Virus record (IMG/VR): IMGVR_UViG_3300033571_009404
Span: 246,115 to 310,114 of that record
Length of the DNA stretch: 64,000 bases
Direction: 5' to 3' (one strand)
The notes under the pieces were generated by a model. That model was given only the letters and a program-made list of their open reading frames with translations, was not told the origin of the DNA and made no database searches. Of the stretch, positions 41,821-50,740 are shown one piece after another. Within the stretch, counting starts at the first letter, position 1. Each line of letters begins with the position of its first letter. Position numbers and translations under genes: made by a program.

Positions 41821-42874
41821 AACAATCAAGATCAGTACTGAGCGTACAGATGTCAACTTATTCACTCTGGCAGGTTCTCCTACCAGAAAGGGCAAGTTCA
41901 AGTTCATCATCACAGCCGATACCATTATCGGACAAACGACTGCAGCTGCTGCTGCAATTGTAGTTGGTCAGTTTCCTTCTGGTTCTGAAATTCAGATCTG
42001 GAACTATGGATCCATTCAAGGTCGTGGCGGTCAGGGTGGTGTGTTTAACGGTGGACCAGTATCAGGTGGTGCCGGGGGCGATGCTATTTATTCCTCCTAT
42101 GTAGCACAGACTGTTAAGTTGTATAACTATGGTGAAATCCGAGCCGGTGGCGGTGGCGGTGGTTCAGGTGGATATGGTGGTGCTGGTGGTATCGGCGGAT
42201 ATGGGGGCATCTATTACACTTCACCTTGGTACTGGTATCACGATAACGAGAACCACAGTCAATGGGTGTATTACACTACTCCTGGTATTAATGAAGTAGC
42301 TTGGACCAATGATCCTGTCGCTGGTGGCGCTTCTTCTGCGGATCTGAATTACTCCCGTTATGTAGCCGATGGTCAGTTGCTATGGCCCTATGGTCTTTTT
42401 GAACGTGGCGATTATCGCGGCGAATACAATGACAGTCCTTTGTATGGTCACTACTATTCTTACAACGTACGTCTGAACTGGCTTTACGGTCCAGGCGCAC
42501 CTGCTGGTAGAACTGCAGGTGGCAACGGAGGTAACGGTCAAGGATATCGTCAAGCAGCTACAGCTGGTAGCAATGGCGTGCCTAGTCAACCAGGTGCAAA
42601 CGGCACTGGTGGTTCAGGCGCTGGTGGTGCCAGTGGACAAGCAGGTAATGGTGGAGCTGGTGGTGCTTGGGCTACAGTTGGATCTCCTGGGGGTTATGGT
42701 AGTCAAGGCGGTACTGGTGGTGATGGCGTTTACCGTACACTTCCCGAAGTCAATCGTTTCGGTGAGGGTGGTAGTGTATCTGGCAGTGCAGGTCCTGCTG
42801 GTCGTGCAATCATCAAAGGATCGAGTACATTCACAATTATGGCACAAGGCACTATCGTTGGTGCTGTAGTTTAA
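41780..42874 (+). CDS. T-even gp38-like polyglycine adhesin (receptor-binding tip)
   Basis: NYGSIQGRGGQGG...GGDAI...LYNYGEIRAGGGGGGSGG pattern; C-terminal GRAI..GTIVGAV. Confidence 0.7.
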   Translation: MFTSTLLKTVLGFKTIKISTERTDVNLFTLAGSPTRKGKFKFIITADTIIGQTTAAAAAIVVGQFPSGSEIQIWNYGSIQGRGGQGGVFNGGPVSGGAGGDAIYSSYVAQTVKLYNYGEIRAGGGGGGSGGYGGAGGIGGYGGIYYTSPWYWYHDNENHSQWVYYTTPGINEVAWTNDPVAGGASSADLNYSRYVADGQLLWPYGLFERGDYRGEYNDSPLYGHYYSYNVRLNWLYGPGAPAGRTAGGNGGNGQGYRQAATAGSNGVPSQPGANGTGGSGAGGASGQAGNGGAGGAWATVGSPGGYGSQGGTGGDGVYRTLPEVNRFGEGGSVSGSAGPAGRAIIKGSSTFTIMAQGTIVGAVV

Positions 42875-42891
42875 TAGAATAGGAATTAGAG

Positions 42892-43494
42892 ATGGACTTC
42901 ACACAAGCAATTGCCGCTATGATCGAAAAGATCAATGGTTACGGTACTGCCGTTAAAACCATGTTCACAGATCTAGGTCTGAAGAAATCAGCCACGATGG
43001 GGTCCGTTGACGCGACCAATCAAATAGGCGGTTATCAGGGCATTAACATGACGGCTACCAAAGGTATCCTTCGTGACAATGGAACCACCCACAGTTTCTA
43101 TCGTGGTGCTAGTGTTAACGCCGAACTCTGGAGTTGCGATAACGCAGGTAACTTTACTGCTAAGGGTGACGTTGCAAACGCATCTGACTCTCGACTTAAG
43201 AAGGACTGGTCTATCCCTGACTACACGTTAGTCGTCAAAGAACTATCGCAAGTAGCCAGGTATGGTACTTACACTCGTATCGATACCGACCATCAACAAT
43301 TGGGTGTCGCGGCTGATGATTTACTCGATACTACATTGGGTAAAGCTGTTACCATGAGCGAAGGGAATGAAAAGTTCTTAGCTTTGTCTTATGGTCAGGC
43401 TGCTCTGGTAGGTACCATCTCCTTAGCTAAAGCGCACATGGCTTTAGAAGAACGCGTCAGGGAACTGGAAAAGCGTTTAGGCGTTACTTACTAA
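42892..43494 (+). CDS. Short tail-fibre tip protein with a C-terminal peptidase S74 intramolecular chaperone
   Basis: SDSRLKKD autocleavage motif, LGVAADDL, C-terminal coiled coil LEERVRELEKRL. Confidence 0.8.
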   Translation: MDFTQAIAAMIEKINGYGTAVKTMFTDLGLKKSATMGSVDATNQIGGYQGINMTATKGILRDNGTTHSFYRGASVNAELWSCDNAGNFTAKGDVANASDSRLKKDWSIPDYTLVVKELSQVARYGTYTRIDTDHQQLGVAADDLLDTTLGKAVTMSEGNEKFLALSYGQAALVGTISLAKAHMALEERVRELEKRLGVTY

Positions 43495-43501
43495 GGAGGT
43501 C

Positions 43502-44476
43502 GTGATGACATTACCTTCTTCTGGTAAGATGTCTTTAGCTATGATTGCGGCTGAATTGGGTCTGTCTGGTAAAGTTACGTTGGGTCAGACCCAACTCCGT
43601 AATCTTGTTGGTAAACCTTCCGGTCAGGTTAGACTGTCTGACTTCTATGGTCGTCGTCACCTTCCAGCTGGCACACTCTTGTCCACATTCTGCTCAGGTG
43701 TGAACCTGTACGGTACTTACGCGTCAGGCGATGATATCAATACCTATAACAGTTTGATTGAAGCTAACAGTACGACATGTGGTTATGTACCGTATCCCCC
43801 AGCTGGCCAACTCGTATCTACTTACTGTGATGCGAATGGATCTTACGTGGGACGTTACACCAACGGCAGCGGTGGTACTTACGATTCTGTCATTGAGTAC
43901 AACAGTACGCAGTGTAACGTGAACCCAGGTGGTTCTGTTAACGAACACTCTTGCTTCACAGCTGGTTCTTTAGTCTTGATGGCTGACATGACCGTTAAAC
44001 CTATCTATCAGATTAAGGTAGGTGAGCAGGTCATGACTGTAGATGGACCACAGCCCGTCATTGAAGTGCGTAAACCGCGTCTGGGTAGTCGCTTACTGGT
44101 TTCCTTTGATAACGGTCTTTGCAACACCTCGACTGAACATGCTATCTGGGCACGTGATAGCGATGCTAAGGAATGGTGGGCAACGCGCGATATGGAGCAG
44201 TGGAAGAAAGAAGCTGAAGATGGCACTGGTGCTGACTTTGGTGGACTCTTACCGTTTGATCTGACTGGCAAGTACGACACGTCTTTCGAGTATGCACATT
44301 TGGACGGTTGGGTTTCGCATCGAACCATCGTGCAGCCTGCTCCTGAAGGAACCATCCTGTATCACTTGATCGTAGAAGGTCCGCAGAACTACTTCGTTGA
44401 TGGCTACATCGTATCGTCGCTGGCGTCTCTGAAGAACTTCGACTGGACTACCTTTAAGTGGCAAGGTTTGAAGTAA
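43502..44476 (+). CDS. Fibre-tip/adhesin attachment domain, two Cys repeats and a Hint (intein-like) domain
   Basis: MTLPSSG.MSL..I..ELG..RLSDFYG; duplicated PAG.L.ST.C..Y.S.IE.NST.C; CFTAGSLVLMAD..KPI..IKVGEQV, STEH, HLIVEGPQNYFVDG. Confidence 0.8.
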   Translation: MMTLPSSGKMSLAMIAAELGLSGKVTLGQTQLRNLVGKPSGQVRLSDFYGRRHLPAGTLLSTFCSGVNLYGTYASGDDINTYNSLIEANSTTCGYVPYPPAGQLVSTYCDANGSYVGRYTNGSGGTYDSVIEYNSTQCNVNPGGSVNEHSCFTAGSLVLMADMTVKPIYQIKVGEQVMTVDGPQPVIEVRKPRLGSRLLVSFDNGLCNTSTEHAIWARDSDAKEWWATRDMEQWKKEAEDGTGADFGGLLPFDLTGKYDTSFEYAHLDGWVSHRTIVQPAPEGTILYHLIVEGPQNYFVDGYIVSSLASLKNFDWTTFKWQGLK

Positions 44477-44525
44477 TTGTAATCGTGGAGGGGTGACTCT
44501 CCACGATTATGACCAAGAGGAAATC

Positions 44526-45017
44526 ATGATCGGACTTTACTACGTGACCACCAACGGTATTAACCGGGTCATTCACACGAACAGTGGTACCATGCAGTTG
44601 CTTGACCGCTATACTGAACCTGATGTTAAACGGCTTCTGTATACAGGTGAAGTGCCTACATCGTTTAACTTCAATACTGCACTGCGGTTCGTCTTTGATG
44701 AGATTGGTCAGTTATTGACAGAATCGTTCTTCGACTACAATGCTAATGAGCAGAGCATGCGTTGCTTCATGTTAGCTCAACGCTATGCTGGATTGCAGTA
44801 TTTGAACTGTAACACCAGTCGTCTGCGACATGACAGTAGTGTATCTAGCGAAGTGATTCAGAATGCCATTGACTTCTGGTATCCAACCATCACAACGACT
44901 ACGGATGCTACTCAATTGTCAGACTACCTGAGATACTTGTCTGAAGATGAGTTGAAGGTGTTTGACATTGCTAGGAAAGATGAATATCTTGGCATCGTTG
45001 TAGGACGGAGTATTTGA
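44526..45017 (+). CDS. Hypothetical protein (possible fibre assembly factor)
   Basis: SD GAGG before ATG 44526; overlaps the next gene. Confidence 0.55.
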   Translation: MIGLYYVTTNGINRVIHTNSGTMQLLDRYTEPDVKRLLYTGEVPTSFNFNTALRFVFDEIGQLLTESFFDYNANEQSMRCFMLAQRYAGLQYLNCNTSRLRHDSSVSSEVIQNAIDFWYPTITTTTDATQLSDYLRYLSEDELKVFDIARKDEYLGIVVGRSI

Positions 45018-45688
45018 TGTGGACAATTAAACCAGAAGCCATTGAGAAATACAAGTGTCTACCTGATGAGATTTTCTTTAACTACGATCCAGAGCATCCG
45101 ATTGTAGACATTGACTCAGGTGTTGATAAGAATGAGATCAAGGCATTATGTGATACGCTCTTAAAGACATCTGAGAAGGAACGCCAGTACGCACCCATCT
45201 TTACTGAAGAACAAAAACTTCATGTGAATTTGAGATTACGTACCGTGCACTATCTCTATCAGCAAGAGATGCTGGACAATAGCCCAGTAGTGCAGGCGGT
45301 TGTTAAGAAGATCATCAGCGAGATCAAAAGACATTGGGGTGTCGATGTTGAAGTTCATGATCGACCCTATGCCGCAGGTTACGCTCCTGGATTTTTCATC
45401 ACAGATCATTCAGATAACTGCACAACCAAAGATGGCGTACCGATTGTAAACAACACTAAACGTAGATTCACTGCTTTGTTATATCTCAATAGCAAAGGCA
45501 TCGATTATGACGGTGGTCAATTGGACTTCCCTAGCATTCGTAATGAATCCAATGCATTACTGACTCCCAGTCACAATGCAGGTAGTTTGGTGATCTTTCC
45601 ATCTAACCCATTGTTCTTGCATGGTGTGTCCAAAGTGCAATGGGGTTATCGGGTAGTGTTAGTCTCATTCTTTAGGTTAGTAGAATAG
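45014..45688 (+). CDS. 2OG-Fe(II) oxygenase (prolyl-4-hydroxylase/PKHD-like)
   Basis: HSD (HxD), FTALLYLN..YDGGQLDF, distal HGV and RVVL. Confidence 0.85.
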   Translation: MMWTIKPEAIEKYKCLPDEIFFNYDPEHPIVDIDSGVDKNEIKALCDTLLKTSEKERQYAPIFTEEQKLHVNLRLRTVHYLYQQEMLDNSPVVQAVVKKIISEIKRHWGVDVEVHDRPYAAGYAPGFFITDHSDNCTTKDGVPIVNNTKRRFTALLYLNSKGIDYDGGQLDFPSIRNESNALLTPSHNAGSLVIFPSNPLFLHGVSKVQWGYRVVLVSFFRLVE

Positions 45689-45739
45689 TAACATTCTACA
45701 GACATCCTATATCTAGTAGCACTTAAGTAGGAGGTCGCC

Positions 45740-45952
45740 ATGAGACTCTTCCGTGAATACAGCTTTGGCAAAGCCGACGATTACAATCCGTTTCGTCTAC
45801 CTACCGAAGAAGACGTAGTGAACGCTGAATACAATGGCATGGTTAAAGGCGCGCTGTACACCTTAGCCGCAGTCACTGCCATTGCTTCTACCATTACGAT
45901 TGTTCGTAATTTCAAGAGCTTAAAGAAGAAAGCTAAGAAGTTACTGAACTAA
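45740..45952 (+). CDS. Small single-TM membrane protein
   Basis: SD AGGAGG; hydrophobic segment plus Lys-rich tail; followed by a terminator. Confidence 0.65.
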   Translation: MRLFREYSFGKADDYNPFRLPTEEDVVNAEYNGMVKGALYTLAAVTAIASTITIVRNFKSLKKKAKKLLN

Positions 45953-46009
45953 GGACATATTAGCCCAGGGAATAATCCCTGGGCTTTATGCCGTCAAATA
46001 CCTCATTCT

Positions 46010-46032
46010 AAATAATTTCAGATCTATATAAC
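46010..46032 (+). promoter_or_regulatory. Putative early (virion RNAP) promoter AAATA-N10-TATATAAC
   Basis: Same spacing as three other copies; resembles the phiKZ early TATATTAC element. Confidence 0.65.
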
Positions 46033-46079
46033 TGGCATGAATAAGAAAGAATAATCGATCTTAAATATGGAGAATTACC

Positions 46080-46214
46080 ATGAACAAGAAGACCAATCAA
46101 GTCAAGAAAGAATCCAAAATGTCCCTCGCGGGTGTTTTGGTTTTCATCGCAGTCGGCGCACTGCTCTCGCCGATGTTCAAGCGTGAAAAAGCTGCCAAGA
46201 AGCAAGTCAAGTAA
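46080..46214 (+). CDS. Small single-TM protein (44 aa, not in the ORF track)
   Basis: SD GGAG; MNKKTNQVKKESKMSLAGVLVFIAVGALLSPMFKREKAAKKQVK. Confidence 0.65.
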   Translation: MNKKTNQVKKESKMSLAGVLVFIAVGALLSPMFKREKAAKKQVK

Positions 46215-46254
46215 AACAACCCACTGAAGTACCTATTCACTAAGGAGAAACACC

Positions 46255-46494
46255 ATGCACAAAACCACCCAACAAATGCACGCCGACATCTTCGCCGCAG
46301 CTGCCACCACCTTCGGTCCCAACAGTCCCATGAATCAGAAGCTGCGTGAAGATCTGGGCAAGGCCGCCAAGGCACATGACGACATCGTCAAGCAGCAACG
46401 CCGTCGCAACCTCATCACCGGCACCGTCGTCGCTGCAGTCGTGACTGCTGTGGCTGGCGCAACGCTGTACAAGAAGTACGCCATCACTCAATAA
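46255..46494 (+). CDS. Small membrane-anchored early protein
   Basis: SD AAGGAG; C-terminal TM segment. Confidence 0.7.
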   Translation: MHKTTQQMHADIFAAAATTFGPNSPMNQKLREDLGKAAKAHDDIVKQQRRRNLITGTVVAAVVTAVAGATLYKKYAITQ

Positions 46495-46588
46495 GTGACG
46501 CTTAGTAGAGGATTCTTCGGAGTCTTCTACTGAGCTATCATTTTCACACTAAGAACAATACATCATCATTTATTCGAAAGGAACTATC

Positions 46589-46792
46589 ATGAACTATACT
46601 GAATACGAAGCAAGCCGTGAAGCCATCCGTCAAGCTGAAGCAGCTGAACGTCAACGTCGCCTCAATCGCCATTCCGATCAACGCGAGTGGAATGAAATGA
46701 TGGATCGCCAAGCAGCTGAGCGTGATCGTGCTGTGATGTTTGGCGTGGTCGTCGGTATCGCCCTGCTGGTGCTGCTCAAGCGCCGTAAGTAA
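46589..46792 (+). CDS. Small coiled-coil protein with a C-terminal TM segment
   Basis: SD AAAGGA; charged helix then TM. Confidence 0.7.
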   Translation: MNYTEYEASREAIRQAEAAERQRRLNRHSDQREWNEMMDRQAAERDRAVMFGVVVGIALLVLLKRRK

Positions 46793-46813
46793 TTCCCCTT
46801 AACCTCTCACTTA

Positions 46814-47059
46814 ATGGAGAACATCATGAACGAAGAACAAAAGAAAGATCTGGACATCGAAATCAACCGCATCTCCAAGGAGATCACCGATGAGATGGTC
46901 AAGAAGGCGAACGAGCTGATCGTCCAAGAACGCAAGAAGTTCTTCAAGCGTCAGATGATCGTGCTCGGCACGCTGACGGTCGTTGCCGTCGGCCTGAACA
47001 TCGCTGTGGCTCGTGGCTGGCTTGGTAAGGATGTTGACGTCGAGTCCATCACCCAGTAA
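46814..47059 (+). CDS. Small coiled-coil plus TM protein
   Basis: Charged helix then TM; followed by a hairpin. Confidence 0.7.
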   Translation: MENIMNEEQKKDLDIEINRISKEITDEMVKKANELIVQERKKFFKRQMIVLGTLTVVAVGLNIAVARGWLGKDVDVESITQ

Positions 47060-47128
47060 GATCCAACCCCTAGGTCATGTGACCTAGGGTACAATAGACT
47101 AAGTACAATAATCGAAAGGGTATTCATC

Positions 47129-47401
47129 ATGAAAAAGACTTACAACACCGCTAAGAAGATCAACAGTGCTGTCCGTACCGCTCGTGCAATGCGTGAACTC
47201 GCCACCTGCGTCGGTACCCTGGCTGGCGCGGCTACCGGTCACTATCTGGCTCGCGACAAGTCCGAAGCCGCCAACCAAGGTTATGCATTGGGTGGTGCAT
47301 TGATTGGCACGATCGTCGGTCGCGTTATCGGTACCCGCATGGCCACCAACAAGCTGAAGAACACCGCAGTCGAGATGTTCGTAAACGAATTCAACTTCTG
47401 A
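47129..47401 (+). CDS. Glycine-zipper membrane protein
   Basis: VGTLAGAATG and LGGALIGTIVG. Confidence 0.7.
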   Translation: MKKTYNTAKKINSAVRTARAMRELATCVGTLAGAATGHYLARDKSEAANQGYALGGALIGTIVGRVIGTRMATNKLKNTAVEMFVNEFNF

Positions 47402-47461
47402 ACCGCAGTTGCAGTAAAGACAAATAACAACACTATCACACTTTTGTAAAGGAGAATTACC

Positions 47462-47854
47462 ATGACTCACAAGACCCACCCCGCAGCCTACAATTTCATC
47501 GCCAATGTCGTTCGTAACTCCATCGTCGAGATGGCAGCCAATGGCATGGAGATCACCCCCGAGATCATCGAGGCTGCAGATGCAGAAATGGATCGTCTGA
47601 AAGAAAAGATCGACATCCGCAGCAAGATCATCACCGACTTCACCAAGAAGGTGCAGCTGTTCCGTGAAGTGGCCAGCCATCCGAATGGTCGTAACCTCGA
47701 CCATCTGCAAGTGTTGCGTGATGACATGCGCAACATCGCAGCATGCGCCACTGACGTCGTCTCGAAAGCGACCATGGATGAGATGGTGGCGGACGCGGAT
47801 AAGATGATCCAGGCCATGAAAATCACTTTGTCCTTCCAAGGACGTCGATCCTAA
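47462..47854 (+). CDS. Hypothetical helical protein
   Basis: SD AAAGGAG; codon bias. Confidence 0.65.
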   Translation: MTHKTHPAAYNFIANVVRNSIVEMAANGMEITPEIIEAADAEMDRLKEKIDIRSKIITDFTKKVQLFREVASHPNGRNLDHLQVLRDDMRNIAACATDVVSKATMDEMVADADKMIQAMKITLSFQGRRS

Positions 47855-47875
47855 ATATATTCAGATCTATATTAC
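47853..47875 (+). promoter_or_regulatory. Putative early promoter AAATA-N10-TATATTAC
   Basis: Exact TATATTAC; upstream CAGATC shared with the 46010 copy. Confidence 0.7.
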
Positions 47876-48073
47876 TTACTTGAGATATAGTAGTAATAAG
47901 GTCTGAATAACCTTTAATATCCCTTGCGCTGAATACCCCTCTTAACTAAAGAGTGATTTCAGCCCAAGGATGCTGTAGTCACATTTTAGTTTAAGAGGGA
48001 AGTCTATTGACTTAACCTGTTTTTCTTTTGTGATAATCTTCTTAATCGTAGCAAGAATAAAGGAGCAGTAATT

Positions 48074-48526
48074 ATGGAACAGCAAGAACAAGCAGAACAG
48101 CAAGAACAAGCGCAAAAGATCGTTACCTGCACCTGCGGCAAGTGCGGTAAGCTCGAAGCATTCGAGATCGGCTCGGCGAAGTACGTCGCAGCCATGACCG
48201 ACCGTGATGTCCGCCAGAAGATCATCAAGATGACGCCGTTCCTGGGTGTGACCACCGGCGCCATCATCTACGCCATGGGCGGTGTCGTCATCGGCGGCAT
48301 CGGTGACTTCTTCGGTCTGAAGAAAGAAGGTATCTCCCTGGCCAAGCTGGGCATGATGCTGGGTGTCTTCGCTGGCGGTGCACGTGGTCATACTCTGGCC
48401 AAGCGCTCCGTGAAGGAAAACGAAGTCAACTACGATCGTCTGCTCTACGTCTGCGAAGAGTGCGATTATCTGGCCTACCACAACGCCGAGAAGTACAACA
48501 CCTTCGGCATGGGTAGTATCCAGTAA
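48074..48526 (+). CDS. Split Zn-finger/glycine-zipper membrane protein (family member 1 of 3)
   Basis: CTCGKC ... two Gly-rich hydrophobic helices ... CEEC. Confidence 0.7.
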   Translation: MEQQEQAEQQEQAQKIVTCTCGKCGKLEAFEIGSAKYVAAMTDRDVRQKIIKMTPFLGVTTGAIIYAMGGVVIGGIGDFFGLKKEGISLAKLGMMLGVFAGGARGHTLAKRSVKENEVNYDRLLYVCEECDYLAYHNAEKYNTFGMGSIQ

Positions 48527-48606
48527 CAGATTCATCCTGACGACTGTCCAGGTAACGACAGTCACATTCTCTTTCATCGTTGTACCTATTCATTAAAGGA
48601 AATATC

Positions 48607-48915
48607 ATGTCCAAGACTTCCAACAACCTGCTGCCCGTCAAGTTCGCCGCTTTCAACTCCGCCGTCTCCGGTGCTTCCTTCGTCTCCGGCTACGTCGCCA
48701 CCAAGCTGCTGGCTGACCAGTCCCTCGATCCCAAGGACATCGCTCGCAAGACCGGCATTGCCGCTGGTGTGGGTGCCATCTCCGGCCTGATCATCGGCAC
48801 CGCCCTCTGGTTCGCCACCCGTCACGACGAAGTCAAGGACGCCAAGAAGGCCAAGGCTGACGCGGACTTCCAGGCCGGTATCGAACCGACTGCCGCTGCA
48901 TCGACCGAGCAGTAA
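48607..48915 (+). CDS. Glycine-zipper membrane protein
   Basis: SD AAAGGA before ATG 48607; GIAAGVGAISGLIIG. Confidence 0.7.
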   Translation: MSKTSNNLLPVKFAAFNSAVSGASFVSGYVATKLLADQSLDPKDIARKTGIAAGVGAISGLIIGTALWFATRHDEVKDAKKAKADADFQAGIEPTAAASTEQ

Positions 48916-49020
48916 GCAGTCAGATCAGTCAGCTGGGTATAGGAGCCACAGCTGACTGATGTAATACCCGTAGTAAACTAGCTAGTTACACAACACTCAT
49001 TACACTGAAAAGGATTTACC

Positions 49021-49344
49021 ATGAAACTGATCACCAAGACCTCCGCCGCCACTACCGTGACCACCGCTGCATCCGCTGCTGCCTACCTGTTCCATCGTCG
49101 CATGGCTGATGAGAACGCCACCGCCCTGGACGTCAAGGAAGGCGCCAAGCTGGCCGGTCTGGCCATGGCCGTCGGTATCGGTGCTGGCGCTGGTGTGCGT
49201 GGCGTGCAAGCCATCATCGGCCTGTTCAAGAAGAAGGAACCGCAAGTCGTGCAAGCCGCAGCCCAGGCCGTCAGCGAGACCGCTGAACAAGTCAAGGACG
49301 CCGCTGACGCCGTGGCACAAGAAGCCAACGACGCTCAGCAGTAA
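49021..49344 (+). CDS. Ala/Gly-rich membrane protein
   Basis: SD AAAGGA; AGLAMAVGIGAGAG; strong codon bias. Confidence 0.7.
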   Translation: MKLITKTSAATTVTTAASAAAYLFHRRMADENATALDVKEGAKLAGLAMAVGIGAGAGVRGVQAIIGLFKKKEPQVVQAAAQAVSETAEQVKDAADAVAQEANDAQQ

Positions 49345-49453
49345 CCTGTAAGTGGAAGATCCCCTATTACTAGGGGGTCTTTCTTAGCTTTCCATGATGA
49401 GAGTTAAGAAAGACCAATAACAATATATTCTAATCTTTAATAAAGGAAACATC

Positions 49454-49885
49454 ATGCTGATCAACAACCAAAACGTTACTCAGTTCTACTGCACCTGCTG
49501 CGCTAAGGATGTACCGCAGTCTCAAGTCAAGAAGATGGCTGTGACTGAACACAAGCGCCGTGTCAACGAGATGCATCAAACGGCTGACAGCTGGAGTGGT
49601 AAGATGTTCTGGTTCGGCGTGGAAGCTGGCGCTATCTTCTCGGGTATCTCCATGAAGAAAAGCGAAAGCTTCCAAGGCGCTGGCAAGAAGCTCGTCATGG
49701 GCTTGGGTGCTGGTGGTCTGGTTGGTCTGGTCATGGGTAAGGTGACTGCTCCCATGATCTCCAAGAACATCCACAAGGATGTGAATCGTATCGATGTGAT
49801 CTGCGAAGATTGCTTCGGTAAGGGTCACACTGTCAACGACCTCACCGGTCAACCGCAATACAGCTTTGCTCGTCGTCCGTACTAA
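49454..49885 (+). CDS. Split Zn-finger/glycine-zipper membrane protein (member 2 of 3)
   Basis: CTCCAK ... GLGAGGLVGLVMG ... CEDC. Confidence 0.7.
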   Translation: MLINNQNVTQFYCTCCAKDVPQSQVKKMAVTEHKRRVNEMHQTADSWSGKMFWFGVEAGAIFSGISMKKSESFQGAGKKLVMGLGAGGLVGLVMGKVTAPMISKNIHKDVNRIDVICEDCFGKGHTVNDLTGQPQYSFARRPY

Positions 49886-49921
49886 TCCCCTGTTGTATCA
49901 ACTCCCTAGAAAGGAACTATC

Positions 49922-50233
49922 ATGTCCGTGAAAGAAATCACCACCAAGATCACCTCCAAGATCTCCCGCGAAGCCAAGACCGGTGCTGCTTATGGCGCCT
50001 GGATCGGTGGTAGCACTGCAGTCAAGCTGCTCGCACTCAAGGTCTCCGGCAAGCTGGAAGAAACCGAGATGGCCGACACCTCCTACGGCAAGGTCGCCAA
50101 GACCGGTGCCATCGTGGCCGTCGGTGCGATCGCCGTCGGCGCTACCACCGGTGCCATCTACGGCGGCATCAAGAAGTTCTTCAAGGCCCGTGCCGAGAAG
50201 AAGGAAGTCAAGTCGGAACAGGCTCCGGCCTGA
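49922..50233 (+). CDS. Glycine-zipper membrane protein
   Basis: GAAYGAWIGG and GAIAVGATTGAIYGG. Confidence 0.7.
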   Translation: MSVKEITTKITSKISREAKTGAAYGAWIGGSTAVKLLALKVSGKLEETEMADTSYGKVAKTGAIVAVGAIAVGATTGAIYGGIKKFFKARAEKKEVKSEQAPA

Positions 50234-50301
50234 GCAGTAAGTAACACCCCCGTAAATGTGATGCCCTCACGGGCATCACATCCCCTTTTGTCTCTTACTT
50301 A

Positions 50302-50682
50302 ATGGAGATTACTATGGTTGAAATGATCACCCAACAAACCTGCACTTGCTGCGGTAAGAAGTTCTCGGCAACCCACTCTGATAAGATCATCGATGCTCAG
50401 CCTCGTGACTACGTCAGTCCGGTGGTTAATGCCGGTGGTCTCGCTGGCGCGCTCGTCGGTGCGACCATGGTCTACAAGACCCGTGATGTCAACAACATCG
50501 GCACTGGTTTCAAGCTGGGTTGTGGCATGCTGGTCGGTGCACTCATCATGAGTTGCGTTGGTGAAGTTGTTGCACGCCCTCTGGGTTGGTTGATGCAGAA
50601 CACTTTGCCTCAGCCCAAGCCGGAACTGCTGTACTGCTGCAAAGATTGCGAAGCGTTCTATCAAACGCACAGCGACGAGTAA
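50302..50682 (+). CDS. Split Zn-finger/glycine-zipper membrane protein (member 3 of 3)
   Basis: CTCCGK ... AGGLAGALVGA ... CCKDC. Confidence 0.7.
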   Translation: MEITMVEMITQQTCTCCGKKFSATHSDKIIDAQPRDYVSPVVNAGGLAGALVGATMVYKTRDVNNIGTGFKLGCGMLVGALIMSCVGEVVARPLGWLMQNTLPQPKPELLYCCKDCEAFYQTHSDE

Positions 50683-50740
50683 TACCCCATTCGCCTATAA
50701 GGCGCCTTAGTTAAGTTTCACTTATGTACCCGGAGGATGT

